Notes: generated by a model from the sequence alone, not told the origin. A stretch of 32,000 nucleotides of DNA from Vibrio vulnificus CMCP6 (GCF_000039765.1 NC_004459.3:1170001-1202000), one strand, 5' to 3'; positions 14,280 through 29,136 are shown, counted from the stretch's first letter. Made by a program: numbers and translations.

Positions 14280-14828
14280 ATGAGTGAAGCTCCTAAAAAA
14301 CGCTGGTATGTGGTTCAAGCCTTCTCTGGATTTGAAGGCCGTGTCGCTCAGTCTCTTCGTGAGCATATCAAAATGCACGGTATGGAAGAGTATTTTGGTG
14401 AAGTTCTAGTGCCGACTGAAGAAGTCGTAGAAATGCGTGCAGGTCAACGCCGTAAGTCTGAGCGTAAGTTCTTCCCTGGTTACGTCCTTGTTCAAATGAT
14501 TATGAATGATGAATCATGGCACCTCGTTCGTAGTGTGCCGCGTGTCATGGGCTTCATTGGTGGTACTTCTGACCGTCCAGCTCCGATTTCTGATAAAGAA
14601 GCGGATGCGATTCTTAATCGCCTAGAGAAAGCGAGTGAAGCGCCTCGTCCACGTACTATGTACGAAGTGGGTGAAGTGGTTCGTGTTAACGAAGGTCCAT
14701 TTGCTGACTTTAACGGCACGGTTGAAGAAGTGGATTATGAGAAGAGCCGCCTGAAAGTGTCTGTATCGATCTTTGGTCGAGCGACACCGGTAGAGCTTGA
14801 ATTTGGTCAGGTTGAAAAACTTGATTAA
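14280..14828 (+). CDS. nusG: Transcription termination/antitermination protein NusG
   Basis: [25 protein letters not shown]; [47 protein letters not shown]. Confidence 0.98.
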   Translation: MSEAPKKRWYVVQAFSGFEGRVAQSLREHIKMHGMEEYFGEVLVPTEEVVEMRAGQRRKSERKFFPGYVLVQMIMNDESWHLVRSVPRVMGFIGGTSDRPAPISDKEADAILNRLEKASEAPRPRTMYEVGEVVRVNEGPFADFNGTVEEVDYEKSRLKVSVSIFGRATPVELEFGQVEKLD

Positions 14829-14854
14829 AAAAGCACCTTAATTGGGCTTGTACT

Positions 14855-14889
14855 AGGCGCGAATTATGACTATAATTTCGCGCCTTTTT
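14855..14889 (+). terminator. Terminator between nusG and rplK
   Basis: ggcgcgaattat-gact-ataatttcgcgcc followed by ttttt (one-base bulge). Confidence 0.8.
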
Positions 14890-14970
14890 GCTTCTATTGA
14901 GCAAAAAGTTTTGTTGATAACGGGGAGCTGATCAAAGATTAGCGTTTGAACCCAAGAATTAGGTATTATC

Positions 14971-15399
14971 ATGGCTAAAAAAGTTGAAGCTTATATCAAG
15001 CTGCAAGTTGCTGCTGGTATGGCAAACCCAAGTCCACCGGTTGGTCCAGCACTAGGTCAACGTGGTGTTAACATCATGGAATTCTGTAAAGCGTTCAACG
15101 CAAAAACAGAATCAATGGAAAAAGGTCTTCCTGTTCCTGTTGTTATCACTGTATACAGCGACCGTTCTTTCACGTTCGTAACTAAGACTTCACCTGCTGC
15201 AGTTCTACTGAAGAAAGCTGCTGGTATCAAGTCTGGTTCAGGTCGTCCAAACACTGAAAAAGTGGGTACTGTAACTGACGCTCAAATCCAAGAAATCGCA
15301 GAAGCTAAAGCTGCTGATATGACTGGTGCTGACATCGAAGCGATGAAGCGTTCTATCGCAGGTACTGCTCGTTCAATGGGCCTAGTGGTAGAGGGTTAA
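14971..15399 (+). CDS. rplK: 50S ribosomal protein L11
   Basis: [41 protein letters not shown]. Confidence 0.98.
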   Translation: MAKKVEAYIKLQVAAGMANPSPPVGPALGQRGVNIMEFCKAFNAKTESMEKGLPVPVVITVYSDRSFTFVTKTSPAAVLLKKAAGIKSGSGRPNTEKVGTVTDAQIQEIAEAKAADMTGADIEAMKRSIAGTARSMGLVVEG

Positions 15400-15403
15400 T
15401 ATC

Positions 15404-16105
15404 ATGGCAAAACTAACTAAGCGCATGCGCGTTATCCGCGAAAAAGTTGATGTAACTCGTGAATACGAAATCAACGAAGCTGTTGCTCTTCTTAAAGAAC
15501 TAGCGACTGCTAAGTTTGTTGAGTCTGTTGATGTTGCTGTAAACCTAGGCATCGATGCTCGTAAATCTGACCAAAACGTACGTGGTGCAACTGTACTGCC
15601 ACACGGTACTGGCCGTGACATCCGCGTTGCAGTATTTGCACAAGGTGCAAACGCTGAAGCAGCTAAAGAAGCTGGCGCAGATATCGTTGGTATGGAAGAT
15701 CTAGCTGAGCAAGTTAAGAAAGGCGAAATGAACTTCGACGTAGTTGTTGCTTCTCCTGATGCAATGCGCGTTGTAGGTCAACTAGGTACTATCCTAGGCC
15801 CTCGCGGTCTAATGCCAAACCCTAAAGTTGGTACTGTAACTCCTAACGTTGCTGAAGCGGTTAAGAACGCTAAAGCTGGTCAGGTTCGTTACCGTAACGA
15901 CAAAAACGGTATCATCCACACTACTATCGGTAAAGTAGACTTCTCTGCTGAGCAAATCAAAGAGAACCTAGAAGCACTTCTAGTTGCTCTTAAGAAAGCT
16001 AAGCCATCTTCAGCTAAGGGTTCTTACCTGAAGAAAGTAAGCATCTCTACTACGATGGGTGCTGGTGTTGCTGTTGATCAGGGTACCCTGAACACTCAAG
16101 CATAA
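15404..16105 (+). CDS. rplA: 50S ribosomal protein L1
   Basis: [16 protein letters not shown]...[40 protein letters not shown]. Confidence 0.98.
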   Translation: MAKLTKRMRVIREKVDVTREYEINEAVALLKELATAKFVESVDVAVNLGIDARKSDQNVRGATVLPHGTGRDIRVAVFAQGANAEAAKEAGADIVGMEDLAEQVKKGEMNFDVVVASPDAMRVVGQLGTILGPRGLMPNPKVGTVTPNVAEAVKNAKAGQVRYRNDKNGIIHTTIGKVDFSAEQIKENLEALLVALKKAKPSSAKGSYLKKVSISTTMGAGVAVDQGTLNTQA

Positions 16106-16114
16106 TCTATTTGC

Positions 16115-16149
16115 TTAGGCGCAAAAATTATGTATAATTTTGCGCCTAA
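16115..16149 (+). other. Long intergenic hairpin between rplA and rplJ
   Basis: ttaggcgcaaaaattat-gt-ataattttgcgcctaa: 16-bp stem with one A bulge, not followed by a U-run. Confidence 0.8.
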
Positions 16150-16219
16150 TATTTGTGGTTGGGGCTGAACTTTGGTTCTTTGAGTAATTTGTTACTCTAT
16201 GAATTAAGACCCAGTCTCC

Positions 16220-16394
16220 GTCCAAGACCGTAGGTGCCAGTTTTCGAACTGACTTAATTTTCCTACGTAGATGGTGCCCGAACTGACAGAAAGCTCTATG
16301 TAAATAGTTACCTTTCTTCTGGGAAAAGCACCTCAATAGCTCTCACTGTTGTGATAATAGTGAGTGGTGTAACAACAACCAGGAGTTAATCCAA
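16220..16394 (+). promoter_or_regulatory. rplJ leader (L10(L12)4 autogenous-regulation leader), approximate extent
   Basis: Highly structured untranslated region immediately upstream of rplJ, in the position of the known L10 leader. Assigned by synteny and structure; a covariance search would confirm it. Confidence 0.6.
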
Positions 16395-16395
16395 G

Positions 16396-16884
16396 ATGGC
16401 TTTAAATCTTCAAGACAAAAAAGCAATTGTTGCTGAAGTCAACGAAGCTGCCGCTGGTGCACTTTCTGCAGTTGTAGCTGACTCTCGTGGCGTATCTGTT
16501 GATGCGATGACTACTCTACGTAAACAAGCTCGTGAAGCGGGTGTTTACATGAAAGTTGTTCGTAACACACTAGCACGCCGTGCGGTTGAAGGTACTCAGT
16601 ATGAGTGTCTAACTGACACTTTCACTGGTCCTTCTCTAATCGCGTTCTCTAACGAGCACCCAGGTGCTGCAGCGCGTCTTTTCAAAGACTTCGCTAAAGA
16701 GAACAAAAAATTCGAGATCAAAGCTGCTGCATTTGAAGGCGCGCTAACTGACGCTGAAGTTCTAGCAACGCTACCAACTTACGACGAAGCAATCGCACGT
16801 CTAATGATGTGTCTGAAAGAAGCTTCTGCAGGCAAGCTGGTTCGTACTATCGCTGCTATCCGCGATCAAAAAGAAGCTGCGTAA
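16396..16884 (+). CDS. rplJ: 50S ribosomal protein L10
   Basis: [63 protein letters not shown]. Confidence 0.98.
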
Positions 16885-16944
16885 TTCGCATTGCTTTTTA
16901 CTGGTTGCTTAATAAACTTATTGTTGACTTAAAAGAGAATTGTT

Positions 16945-17313
16945 ATGTCTATTACTAACGAGCAAATCCTAGACGCTATCGCAGAAATGTCTGTAACACA
17001 AGTTGTTGAACTAATCTCTGCAATGGAAGAAAAATTCGGTGTTACTGCAGCTGCTGCTGTAGTTGCAGGTGGCGCAGCAGCTGGTGCAGCTGTTGAAGAG
17101 CAAACTGAATTCAACGTTATCCTAGCTTCTGCTGGTGCTAACAAAGTTGCTGTAATCAAAGCAGTACGTGGCGCAACTGGTCTTGGCCTGAAAGAAGCTA
17201 AAGCTCTAGTTGACGGCGCTCCAGCAGCACTGAAAGAAGGCGTTGAGAAAGCTGAAGCTGAAGCTCTTAAGAAAGAGCTAGAAGAAGCTGGTGCAACTGT
17301 TGAGATCAAGTAA
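16945..17313 (+). CDS. rplL: 50S ribosomal protein L7/L12
   Basis: [12 protein letters not shown]...[55 protein letters not shown]. Confidence 0.98.
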   Translation: MSITNEQILDAIAEMSVTQVVELISAMEEKFGVTAAAAVVAGGAAAGAAVEEQTEFNVILASAGANKVAVIKAVRGATGLGLKEAKALVDGAPAALKEGVEKAEAEALKKELEEAGATVEIK

Positions 17314-17345
17314 TTATTACTTAGTCTCCTAGCCTAACGGCTAAT

Positions 17346-17376
17346 GGCTGGTGGTTTTTTAACCACCGGCCTTTTT
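17346..17376 (+). terminator. Attenuator-type terminator between rplL and rpoB
   Basis: ggctggtggtt-tttt-aaccaccggcc followed by ttttt. Position matches the known partial terminator of the rplJL-rpoBC operon. Confidence 0.8.
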
Positions 17377-17563
17377 GCGCTGTAGGGTATAGGCGAATTT
17401 TCCTGCTGTTTAAGCGCCTTTATCCAAGCAAAAAACATTTCATTCATTCGCAATGAAATGTCACTACAGTAAACAGTTATATTAGTCTCTGTCCCTTACC
17501 CCCCTTAAGAAACTAGGAGCGGGCGGACAGTTTGGGTCACTTATCAGCGAGCTGAGGAACCCC

Positions 17564-20500
17564 ATGGTTTACTCTTATACCGAGAAAAAGCGCATCCGTA
17601 AGGACTTTGGTACTCGTCCACAAGTTTTGGACATTCCATACCTGCTATCGATCCAGCTCGATTCGTTCGATAAATTTATCGAACAGGATCCTGAAGGACA
17701 GTACGGTCTTGAGGCTGCTTTCCGTTCTGTATTCCCTATTCAGAGCTACAATGGTAATTCTGAGCTGCAATACGTTAGCTACCGTCTTGGTGAGCCAGTT
17801 TTTGATGTTAAAGAATGTCAAATCCGTGGTGTAACTTATTCAAAACCACTTCGCGTAAAGCTACGCCTAGTTATTTTTGATAAAGACGCGCCTGCAGGCA
17901 CTGTAAAAGACATTAAAGAACAAGAAGTCTACATGGGTGAAATTCCACTCATGACAGACAATGGTACCTTTGTGATTAACGGTACCGAGAGGGTTATCGT
18001 ATCTCAGCTACATCGAAGCCCAGGTGTGTTCTTCGACAGCGACAAAGGTAAGACTCACTCTTCTGGTAAAGTTCTGTACAACGCGCGTATCATTCCTTAC
18101 CGTGGTTCATGGCTTGATTTTGAGTTTGATCCTAAGGACAACCTGTACGTACGTATCGACCGTCGTCGTAAGCTACCATCAACCATCATTCTTCGTGCAC
18201 TAGGTAAGAGCACTGAAGAGATCTTGGATACTTTCTTCGAAAAAGTGAATTTCGAAGTGAAAGACCAGACGCTAATGATGGAGTTGGTACCAGATCGCCT
18301 ACGTGGTGAAACGGCAACGTTTGATATCGAAGCAAACGGCACTGTCTATGTAGAGAAAGGTCGTCGTGTTACGGCACGCCACATCCGTCAACTTGAAAAA
18401 GAAGGCGTTGATCAGATCGAAGTACCGGTTGAGTACATCGTAGGCAAAGTGTCGTCAAAAGATTACATCAATGAAGCGACTGGCGAGATCATCGTTGCAG
18501 CGAACCAGGAAATCAGCCTTGAAGCATTGGCTAAGCTATCTCAAGCTGGCCACAAGCAGCTAGAAGTCCTGTTTACAAACGATCTAGACCATGGTCCATT
18601 CATGTCAGAAACACTACGCATCGACAGCTCTGTTGATCGTATTTCTGCACTGGTAGAAATCTACCGCATGATGCGCCCTGGTGAGCCACCAACGAAAGAA
18701 GCTGCTGAAGCTCTATTCGAAAGCTTGTTCTTCTCTGAAGAGCGTTATGACCTATCGACTGTTGGTCGTATGAAGTTCAACAGCTCCATTGGCCGTGATG
18801 ATGCAGAAGAGCAAGGCACACTTGATGAAACTGACATCATCGAAGTGATGAAGAAGCTGATCGCTATCCGTAACGGTAAAGGCGAAGTGGACGATATCGA
18901 CCACCTAGGTAACCGCCGTATCCGTTCTGTTGGTGAAATGGCTGAAAACCAATTCCGTGTTGGTCTAGTACGTGTTGAACGTGCAGTGAAAGAACGTCTG
19001 AGCCTAGGCGATCTTGACGCAGTGATGCCACAAGACTTGATCAATGCGAAGCCAATTTCTGCGGCAGTAAAAGAGTTCTTTGGCTCTTCTCAGCTGTCTC
19101 AGTTTATGGACCAAAACAACCCGCTATCAGAAGTCACGCACAAGCGTCGTATTTCTGCATTGGGTCCTGGTGGTCTTACTCGTGAGCGTGCTGGTTTCGA
19201 AGTTCGAGACGTACACGTAACTCACTACGGCCGCCTATGTCCGATCGAAACGCCTGAAGGTCCAAACATCGGTCTGATCAACTCTCTATCAGCATTTGCA
19301 CGTTGTAACGAGTACGGCTTCCTAGAGACGCCATACCGTCGTGTTGTTGATGGTGTTGTGACAGACGAAGTGGATTACCTATCAGCGATCGAAGAAGGTC
19401 AATTTGTTATCGCTCAGGCGAACGCGAAGCTGAACGAAGATGGTACTTTCGCTGATGAGCTTATCACTGCTCGTCAAAAAGGCGAATCTGGTCTGCACCC
19501 ACGTGAACATGTTGATTACATGGACGTTGCAACCAACCAGGTCGTATCTATCGCAGCATCGCTAATCCCGTTCCTAGAACACGACGATGCTAACCGCGCT
19601 CTAATGGGTGCGAACATGCAACGTCAGGCGGTTCCTACTCTGAAAGCAGAGAAACCACTTGTAGGTACAGGTATTGAGCGTAACGTAGCGGTTGACTCTG
19701 GTGTAACGTCGGTTGCTAAACGCGGCGGTATTATCCAGTCAGTTGACGCATCTCGTATCGTGGTGAAGGTTAATGAAGAAGAGTTGATTCCTGGCGAAGC
19801 TGGTATCGATATCTACAACCTAACCAAATACACTCGTTCTAACCAAAACACTTGTATCAACCAACGTCCATGTGTGATGCCGGGTGAACCAGTGCTACGT
19901 GGTGATGTGCTTGCTGATGGTCCTTCAACAGACCTAGGTGAACTTGCACTTGGTCAGAACATGCGTATCGCGTTCATGCCTTGGAACGGTTACAACTTCG
20001 AAGACTCGATCTTAGTATCTGAGCGCGTAGTTCAAGAAGACCGCTTCACGACTATCCACATTCAAGAACTGACTTGTGTGGCGCGTGATACCAAGCTGGG
20101 TTCGGAAGAAATCACAGCGGATATTCCAAACGTAGGTGAATCTGCTCTGTCTAAATTAGACGAGTCAGGTATTGTTTACATCGGTGCTGAAGTGAAGGGT
20201 GGCGACATCCTAGTTGGTAAAGTAACGCCAAAAGGTGAAACTCAGCTAACGCCTGAAGAGAAGCTACTACGTGCAATCTTTGGTGAAAAAGCATCTGACG
20301 TTAAAGATACGTCACTACGTGTACCAAACTCTGTTTCAGGTACCATCATCGACGTTCAAGTTTTCACTCGCGATGGCGTAGAGAAAGACAAGCGTGCGCT
20401 TGAAATTGAACAGATGCAGCTGAAAGAAGCGAAGAAAGACCTTACTGAAGAATTCCAGATTCTGGAAGGCGGTCTTCTAAACCGTGTTAAAGCGGTTCTT

Positions 20501-21592
20501 CTATCAGGTGGTTACTCTGAAGCGAAGCTAGATACAACTGATCGTAAGAAGTGGCTAGAACTGACTCTTGAAGACGACGCACTGCAAACTCAGCTTGAGC
20601 AACTTGCAGAGCAGTACGACGAGCTAAAAGCAGACTTCGATAAGAAGTTTGAAACCAAGCGTCGTAAGATCACTCAAGGTGATGACCTAGCGCCTGGCGT
20701 ACTGAAGATCGTTAAAGTTTACCTAGCGGTGAAACGTCGTATCCAGCCTGGTGATAAGATGGCGGGTCGTCACGGTAACAAGGGTGTAATCTCTAAGATC
20801 AACCCTGTTGAAGACATGCCATACGATGAGAAAGGTCAGCCTGTAGACATCGTACTTAACCCATTGGGTGTACCTTCGCGTATGAACATCGGTCAGATCC
20901 TAGAAGTACACTTGGGTCTAGCAGCGAAAGGTATTGGTGACAAGATCAACCAGATGGTGAAAGAGCAGCAAGAACTCGCGAAATTCCGTGAATTCCTGCA
21001 AAAAGTTTATGATCTAGGCGAAACTCGCCAGAAAGTAGACATTGCTTCTCTGTCTGATGAAGAAGTTCGTACTCTGATTGGCAACCTACGTGGTGGCTTA
21101 CCGATTGCGACTCCAGTATTTGACGGTGCGTCTGAAGCATCAATCAAAGAGCTACTGAAACTTGGCGGTCTGCCAGAGTCCGGTCAGCTAACTCTGTTTG
21201 ATGGTCGCACAGGTGATGCGTTTGAGCGTCCTGTAACCGTAGGTTACATGTACATGCTGAAACTGAACCACCTTGTAGATGACAAGATGCACGCACGTTC
21301 TACTGGCTCGTACAGTCTGGTAACTCAGCAACCACTAGGTGGTAAAGCTCAGTTCGGTGGTCAGCGTTTCGGTGAGATGGAAGTATGGGCACTAGAAGCA
21401 TACGGTGCTGCTTACACGCTACAAGAAATGCTAACGGTTAAGTCGGATGACGTTAACGGCCGTACTAAGATGTACAAAAACATCGTAGATGGTAACCACG
21501 CGATGGAACCAGGCATGCCTGAATCGTTCAACGTACTGTTGAAAGAGATCCGCTCGCTAGGTATCAACATCGAGCTAGAAGACGAACAGTAA
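17564..21592 (+). CDS. rpoB: DNA-directed RNA polymerase subunit beta
   Basis: 1342 aa beginning [16 protein letters not shown]; [53 protein letters not shown] (wild-type-looking rifampicin cluster); [23 protein letters not shown]. Confidence 0.99.
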   Translation: MVYSYTEKKRIRKDFGTRPQVLDIPYLLSIQLDSFDKFIEQDPEGQYGLEAAFRSVFPIQSYNGNSELQYVSYRLGEPVFDVKECQIRGVTYSKPLRVKLRLVIFDKDAPAGTVKDIKEQEVYMGEIPLMTDNGTFVINGTERVIVSQLHRSPGVFFDSDKGKTHSSGKVLYNARIIPYRGSWLDFEFDPKDNLYVRIDRRRKLPSTIILRALGKSTEEILDTFFEKVNFEVKDQTLMMELVPDRLRGETATFDIEANGTVYVEKGRRVTARHIRQLEKEGVDQIEVPVEYIVGKVSSKDYINEATGEIIVAANQEISLEALAKLSQAGHKQLEVLFTNDLDHGPFMSETLRIDSSVDRISALVEIYRMMRPGEPPTKEAAEALFESLFFSEERYDLSTVGRMKFNSSIGRDDAEEQGTLDETDIIEVMKKLIAIRNGKGEVDDIDHLGNRRIRSVGEMAENQFRVGLVRVERAVKERLSLGDLDAVMPQDLINAKPISAAVKEFFGSSQLSQFMDQNNPLSEVTHKRRISALGPGGLTRERAGFEVRDVHVTHYGRLCPIETPEGPNIGLINSLSAFARCNEYGFLETPYRRVVDGVVTDEVDYLSAIEEGQFVIAQANAKLNEDGTFADELITARQKGESGLHPREHVDYMDVATNQVVSIAASLIPFLEHDDANRALMGANMQRQAVPTLKAEKPLVGTGIERNVAVDSGVTSVAKRGGIIQSVDASRIVVKVNEEELIPGEAGIDIYNLTKYTRSNQNTCINQRPCVMPGEPVLRGDVLADGPSTDLGELALGQNMRIAFMPWNGYNFEDSILVSERVVQEDRFTTIHIQELTCVARDTKLGSEEITADIPNVGESALSKLDESGIVYIGAEVKGGDILVGKVTPKGETQLTPEEKLLRAIFGEKASDVKDTSLRVPNSVSGTIIDVQVFTRDGVEKDKRALEIEQMQLKEAKKDLTEEFQILEGGLLNRVKAVLLSGGYSEAKLDTTDRKKWLELTLEDDALQTQLEQLAEQYDELKADFDKKFETKRRKITQGDDLAPGVLKIVKVYLAVKRRIQPGDKMAGRHGNKGVISKINPVEDMPYDEKGQPVDIVLNPLGVPSRMNIGQILEVHLGLAAKGIGDKINQMVKEQQELAKFREFLQKVYDLGETRQKVDIASLSDEEVRTLIGNLRGGLPIATPVFDGASEASIKELLKLGGLPESGQLTLFDGRTGDAFERPVTVGYMYMLKLNHLVDDKMHARSTGSYSLVTQQPLGGKAQFGGQRFGEMEVWALEAYGAAYTLQEMLTVKSDDVNGRTKMYKNIVDGNHAMEPGMPESFNVLLKEIRSLGINIELEDEQ

Positions 21593-21667
21593 TCCGTCCG
21601 GGTTATTTGGTAGAAAGCAGCCAGTTTCACACGGCTGGCTGCTTTTAACTCCTTACAGGAGCTGATT

Positions 21668-25870
<4,203 letters not shown>

Positions 25871-25888
25871 TCGCTGATTGAAGCATAA

Positions 25889-25916
25889 AAAAGGCACCTT
25901 TCGAGGTGCCTTTTGT
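25889..25916 (+). terminator. Terminator after rpoC
   Basis: aaaaggcacct-ttcg-aggtgcctttt. Confidence 0.88.
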
Positions 25917-25950
25917 TTATCTATTGCTTGCGCATCGTTTGTCTAGCGAC

Positions 25951-25980
25951 AAAATAAACCCGCATACAGCGGGTTTATCG
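25951..25980 (-). terminator. Terminator downstream of rsd
   Basis: Minus strand taaacccgc-tgta-tgcgggttta followed by ttttg. Confidence 0.65.
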
Positions 25981-26011
25981 AGACAATCGAAATCGGAGGC
26001 TTGATGGATAG

Positions 26012-26500
26012 CTAAGCGCCCGGCGGGACGGAAAGGCTATCAGCAATCAGTTGAATCAAGTGATCTTCGACCTCAAAGCGTAATTCAATGATTTCACCAA
26101 CCTTCGAGAGATCGGGTTCGAAGCTTTCAAGAGGATCATCTTCACCCACACTTGCGTACATATCTGTGAAACTGAGCAAAGGTTCGGTCGTGAGTACGAT
26201 TTTTGCGTAGGTTTCATTAATCTCTGTCGTGGCTTCAAAACCTGTGGCGCGCCATTTATCCATGACCATGTCATAAATCTTAAAGTGGCCTTCAGAAATA
26301 TAGTCGACTAAGTGCTGACAGAATTGCTGTAATTCGTGGGGAGAGGGAAGTTCTAAAACGTTGGATTTGGTTGAACAGGGCTGCAGTGCAGCAAGCTTAC
26401 AATATTCGACAATCAACGATTGACGAGTTTCTAACCAATGGTCAATGACTTCACTAGAGCCACCCCATTGTTCTTGTGTTTGTTTGAATTTTTTTAGCAT
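26012..26500 (-). CDS. rsd: Regulator of sigma D (anti-sigma-70 factor)
   Basis: IDHWLETRQSLIVEYCKLA, HLVDYISEGHFKIYDMVMDKW; conserved position next to rpoC/nudC/hemE. The ORF opens at 26506 (MVMLKK). Confidence 0.9.
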   Translation of the reverse strand: MLKKFKQTQEQWGGSSEVIDHWLETRQSLIVEYCKLAALQPCSTKSNVLELPSPHELQQFCQHLVDYISEGHFKIYDMVMDKWRATGFEATTEINETYAKIVLTTEPLLSFTDMYASVGEDDPLESFEPDLSKVGEIIELRFEVEDHLIQLIADSLSVPPGA

Positions 26501-26700
26501 GACCATGCCCTCATGAGCTCATCACGAAACCGTGATCGTTTCCTTTGCATAGTGAAGCCAGTACCTTGGCAAGTTGACCAACCGGATACAAACTCTTGTC
26601 CTTCCTAGAATTTATAGCTTGAAACGACATCGTCTACAAATTCTGGTATGAAATTAGATTGCCAGTAAAATGAATCAACTGCAAGCAATGAGGAATAGGA

Positions 26701-27486
26701 ATGTTATCGAATAGTGACAGTAAGCATGGCCAGAAAGCATATTGGTGCGTTGTATCGGGCAGTGACCTTTGGCTGGTGGACGGGCAACTTCCCCTTGCAA
26801 CAAGCAATGAGCTCAACTTAGTGGCAGAAAAGGCGCAGAAAATCGGCAGTTATAACAACCATCCCGTCATGTGGCTCAACGAAGCAGATGTCGAGCAGAG
26901 TTTAGAAATGCACTCGCTGCGCGAGTGTTTGCATTTTCCTGAACCTCTCTTTTTGCTCATGAGCAAAGCCATTCAATATGGCCATATGACGCAAACAATG
27001 CGTTTTTGTCCTCAGTGTGGTGGACGCAACCACCTCAATCACAACCAACTCGCGATGCAGTGTGGGGAATGCCGGACCTTGCATTACCCGAGAATTTTCC
27101 CATGTATTATTGTTGCGGTGCGGAAACAGCAGCATATTTTGTTGGCACAGCACCCCAGACACCGTAGTGGTATGTATACCGTGATCGCTGGTTTTGTCGA
27201 GGTCGGTGAAACGTTGGAGCAGTGCGTCGCTCGAGAGGTGAAAGAAGAAACTGGTATTGAAGTGACCAATATTCGTTACTTTGGCAGCCAACCTTGGGCA
27301 TTTCCTTCCAGTATGATGATGGCCTTTTTAGCGGATTACCACGCTGGAGAGTTGAAACCAGACTACAGCGAGTTAGCGGATGCTAAATGGTTCACCAGTG
27401 ACAATTTGCCCCCCGTCGCACCAACAGGCACGATAGCTAGAGCATTAATAGAACAAACATTGCTTAATATGAGATCTGACTCGTAA
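26701..27486 (+). CDS. nudC: NAD(+) diphosphatase (NADH pyrophosphatase, Nudix)
   Basis: Zinc ribbon [24 protein letters not shown] plus Nudix box [23 protein letters not shown]. Confidence 0.95.
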   Translation: MLSNSDSKHGQKAYWCVVSGSDLWLVDGQLPLATSNELNLVAEKAQKIGSYNNHPVMWLNEADVEQSLEMHSLRECLHFPEPLFLLMSKAIQYGHMTQTMRFCPQCGGRNHLNHNQLAMQCGECRTLHYPRIFPCIIVAVRKQQHILLAQHPRHRSGMYTVIAGFVEVGETLEQCVAREVKEETGIEVTNIRYFGSQPWAFPSSMMMAFLADYHAGELKPDYSELADAKWFTSDNLPPVAPTGTIARALIEQTLLNMRSDS

Positions 27487-27591
27487 CTGTATAAAATAAC
27501 AGCACTTAATCATTTTTGAGACACTTTTATTGATACTCTAATCGGGATGTTATTCTGTAATGATAATCTTATAAATAATGGAGTATGAATT

Positions 27592-28077
27592 ATGAAAGCA
27601 AGTTATTGGTTAGGTGCCTTGGTCATTCTGACATTGTCAGGAGCCGCAAATGCCAGCATTGAGATCAAAGCGAAGCGGATGCTGACTGAAAAAACCATGA
27701 CGGAAAATATGGCGAAGGTGCAAAGTGCATGCGGAAACCAAACGCTGCAGGCCAATATCGATTGGAGTGCTTGGGATGGCTACAACTTTTCGGAAGAAAG
27801 ATTGGACCCGGTAAAAACCACCGGTTGGCTTGGTGGTCTGATCAACTACATCTATGACGATATGGTGAAGCTTTGCACGACGACTGAACATGCCGAATTA
27901 TACAAAGCAGAGTTCCAAAAAGTAGAGAAGATCCAATTTGCAGGTCAGGAGTCAATTAAAGCTCGCAAGTCCTCATTCGCATTAGCAGATGGCGGCAAAG
28001 TGCTGAATGTTTCGTTGAATCCGAATGCAGCGTATGACTCTTCGACGTTGAAGTACATCAAGCAAGCTTGGAACTAA
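27592..28077 (+). CDS. Predicted secreted/periplasmic protein, unknown function
   Basis: 161 aa; signal peptide-like MKASYWLGALVILTLSGAANA|S; mature part has two Cys; RBS ggag upstream of atg. Confidence 0.75.
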   Translation: MKASYWLGALVILTLSGAANASIEIKAKRMLTEKTMTENMAKVQSACGNQTLQANIDWSAWDGYNFSEERLDPVKTTGWLGGLINYIYDDMVKLCTTTEHAELYKAEFQKVEKIQFAGQESIKARKSSFALADGGKVLNVSLNPNAAYDSSTLKYIKQAWN

Positions 28078-28081
28078 TGAC

Positions 28082-28822
28082 ATGAAGAAGACCATTCTCT
28101 CTCTCTTAGCCATGTCATTAAGTTTTTCAGCCAGTGCGAGCGACGCTTACAGTATGGAAGATTTGAAGGCGCTGCAAGCTTCGCAAAGTTGGCAAGAATT
28201 ATTGGCACATGCGAACGATATTCGCCCATCACAGCGTGACACTCAGTGGAAGGCGTTAGTGGAGCAAGCAGCACTGGGTTCTTTTACTCAGTCTATCCAA
28301 GCGGGAAATAGCGACAAAGCGATTTATCTTGGGCAAGAAGTGCTACAGGTGTATCCATTTTTGAGTCAGTCAGACGCTTTCACGCAAACTTTCTCTGAAC
28401 AGTTGGTCAAAGCGGCGCAACCGTGCGTGCGTTACTCTGCTGAAAGCTGTGTGGAGAATTATGGCAATCTGCTTGCAACCTTATCGCCCAAAGCGGAGTT
28501 GAGCTTTGCTGAAGGGGTTAAAGTTTACCAGAACGTATCTAAGTCTCTATCAGTGCCATTTTTTGCTTCTGCGGTGAAGCAATCATCTCAATACTGTGCG
28601 GATGAAAAAGTAGCGAATGCGCTGCTGTACACTTTAGATCGCCCACAAAATGCGAATTTTGCCTTGGCAAAAGAAGTGGCAACCACCGTTTGTGTCGGGA
28701 CGGCTTTAGCAAATTTTGAAAATTATGTTATCGAATCCAAATCGGTTCGAGCGGCTCTTTGTCCGACTTATGTCAGCAAAGGCTATGTAAAAGGCATCAT
28801 TAAACAAGTGTGTGAATCTTGA
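28082..28822 (+). CDS. Predicted secreted/periplasmic protein, unknown function
   Basis: 246 aa; signal peptide-like MKKTILSLLAMSLSFSASAS; six Cys in the mature part; start codon 4 bp after the stop of the preceding gene. Confidence 0.75.
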   Translation: MKKTILSLLAMSLSFSASASDAYSMEDLKALQASQSWQELLAHANDIRPSQRDTQWKALVEQAALGSFTQSIQAGNSDKAIYLGQEVLQVYPFLSQSDAFTQTFSEQLVKAAQPCVRYSAESCVENYGNLLATLSPKAELSFAEGVKVYQNVSKSLSVPFFASAVKQSSQYCADEKVANALLYTLDRPQNANFALAKEVATTVCVGTALANFENYVIESKSVRAALCPTYVSKGYVKGIIKQVCES

Positions 28823-28841
28823 TTAGATGCAACTTAAATGT

Positions 28842-28868
28842 GAAAGGTCACCAGATTGGTGGCCTTTT
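28842..28868 (+). terminator. Terminator after the secreted-protein pair
   Basis: aaaggtcacca-gat-tggtggcctttt (one mismatch), close to the stop codon at 28822. Confidence 0.7.
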
Positions 28869-28887
28869 AATTTGTTGAAAAATAAAT

Positions 28888-28912
28888 AAAAAAAACCCTC
28901 CGAGAGGGAGGG
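28888..28912 (-). terminator. Strong orphan rho-independent terminator on the minus strand
   Basis: Minus strand ccctcc-ctctc-ggaggg followed by eight T. Confidence 0.85.
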
Positions 28913-28958
28913 GGTAAGTAAGATGTCGTTATGAGATGCTGAACACTGAGTGTTCAGT
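28888..28958 (-). ncRNA. Candidate small RNA (predicted, ~71 nt)
   Basis: Minus strand: perfect TATAAT (28969-28964), then RNA beginning with palindrome CTGAACACTCAGTGTTCAG, unpaired CA/CT-rich linker CATCTCATAACGACATCTTACTTACC, then terminator CCCTCC-CTCTC-GGAGGG-TTTTTTTT ending at 28888. No convincing minus-strand CDS accounts for the terminator. Confidence 0.5.
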
Positions 28959-29136
28959 TTGTAATTATAGTTTTCGCTAGCGAACAAATTTTTAACACTG
29001 TTACTTGTTGGGTGCAAACTAAGCATTGATTTAAAAGTTAATAACTTGATCCAGGGCGCAAAGCAGGCGGTATTTTGTGCTAAATCAGTGTTAGAATGGC
29101 GCTCTTATAAAAAAGCCTAACAACTGGAATTACGGA

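Noticed and set aside
18990-19200. Possible rifampicin-resistance or unusual substitutions in rpoB cluster I
   Set aside because: The encoded [33 protein letters not shown] segment looks wild type.
28823-29026. Minus-strand 67-aa ORF overlapping the candidate sRNA
   Set aside because: Composition looks non-coding and its start lies upstream of the -10 box. I prefer a non-coding RNA, though a small protein is not formally excluded.
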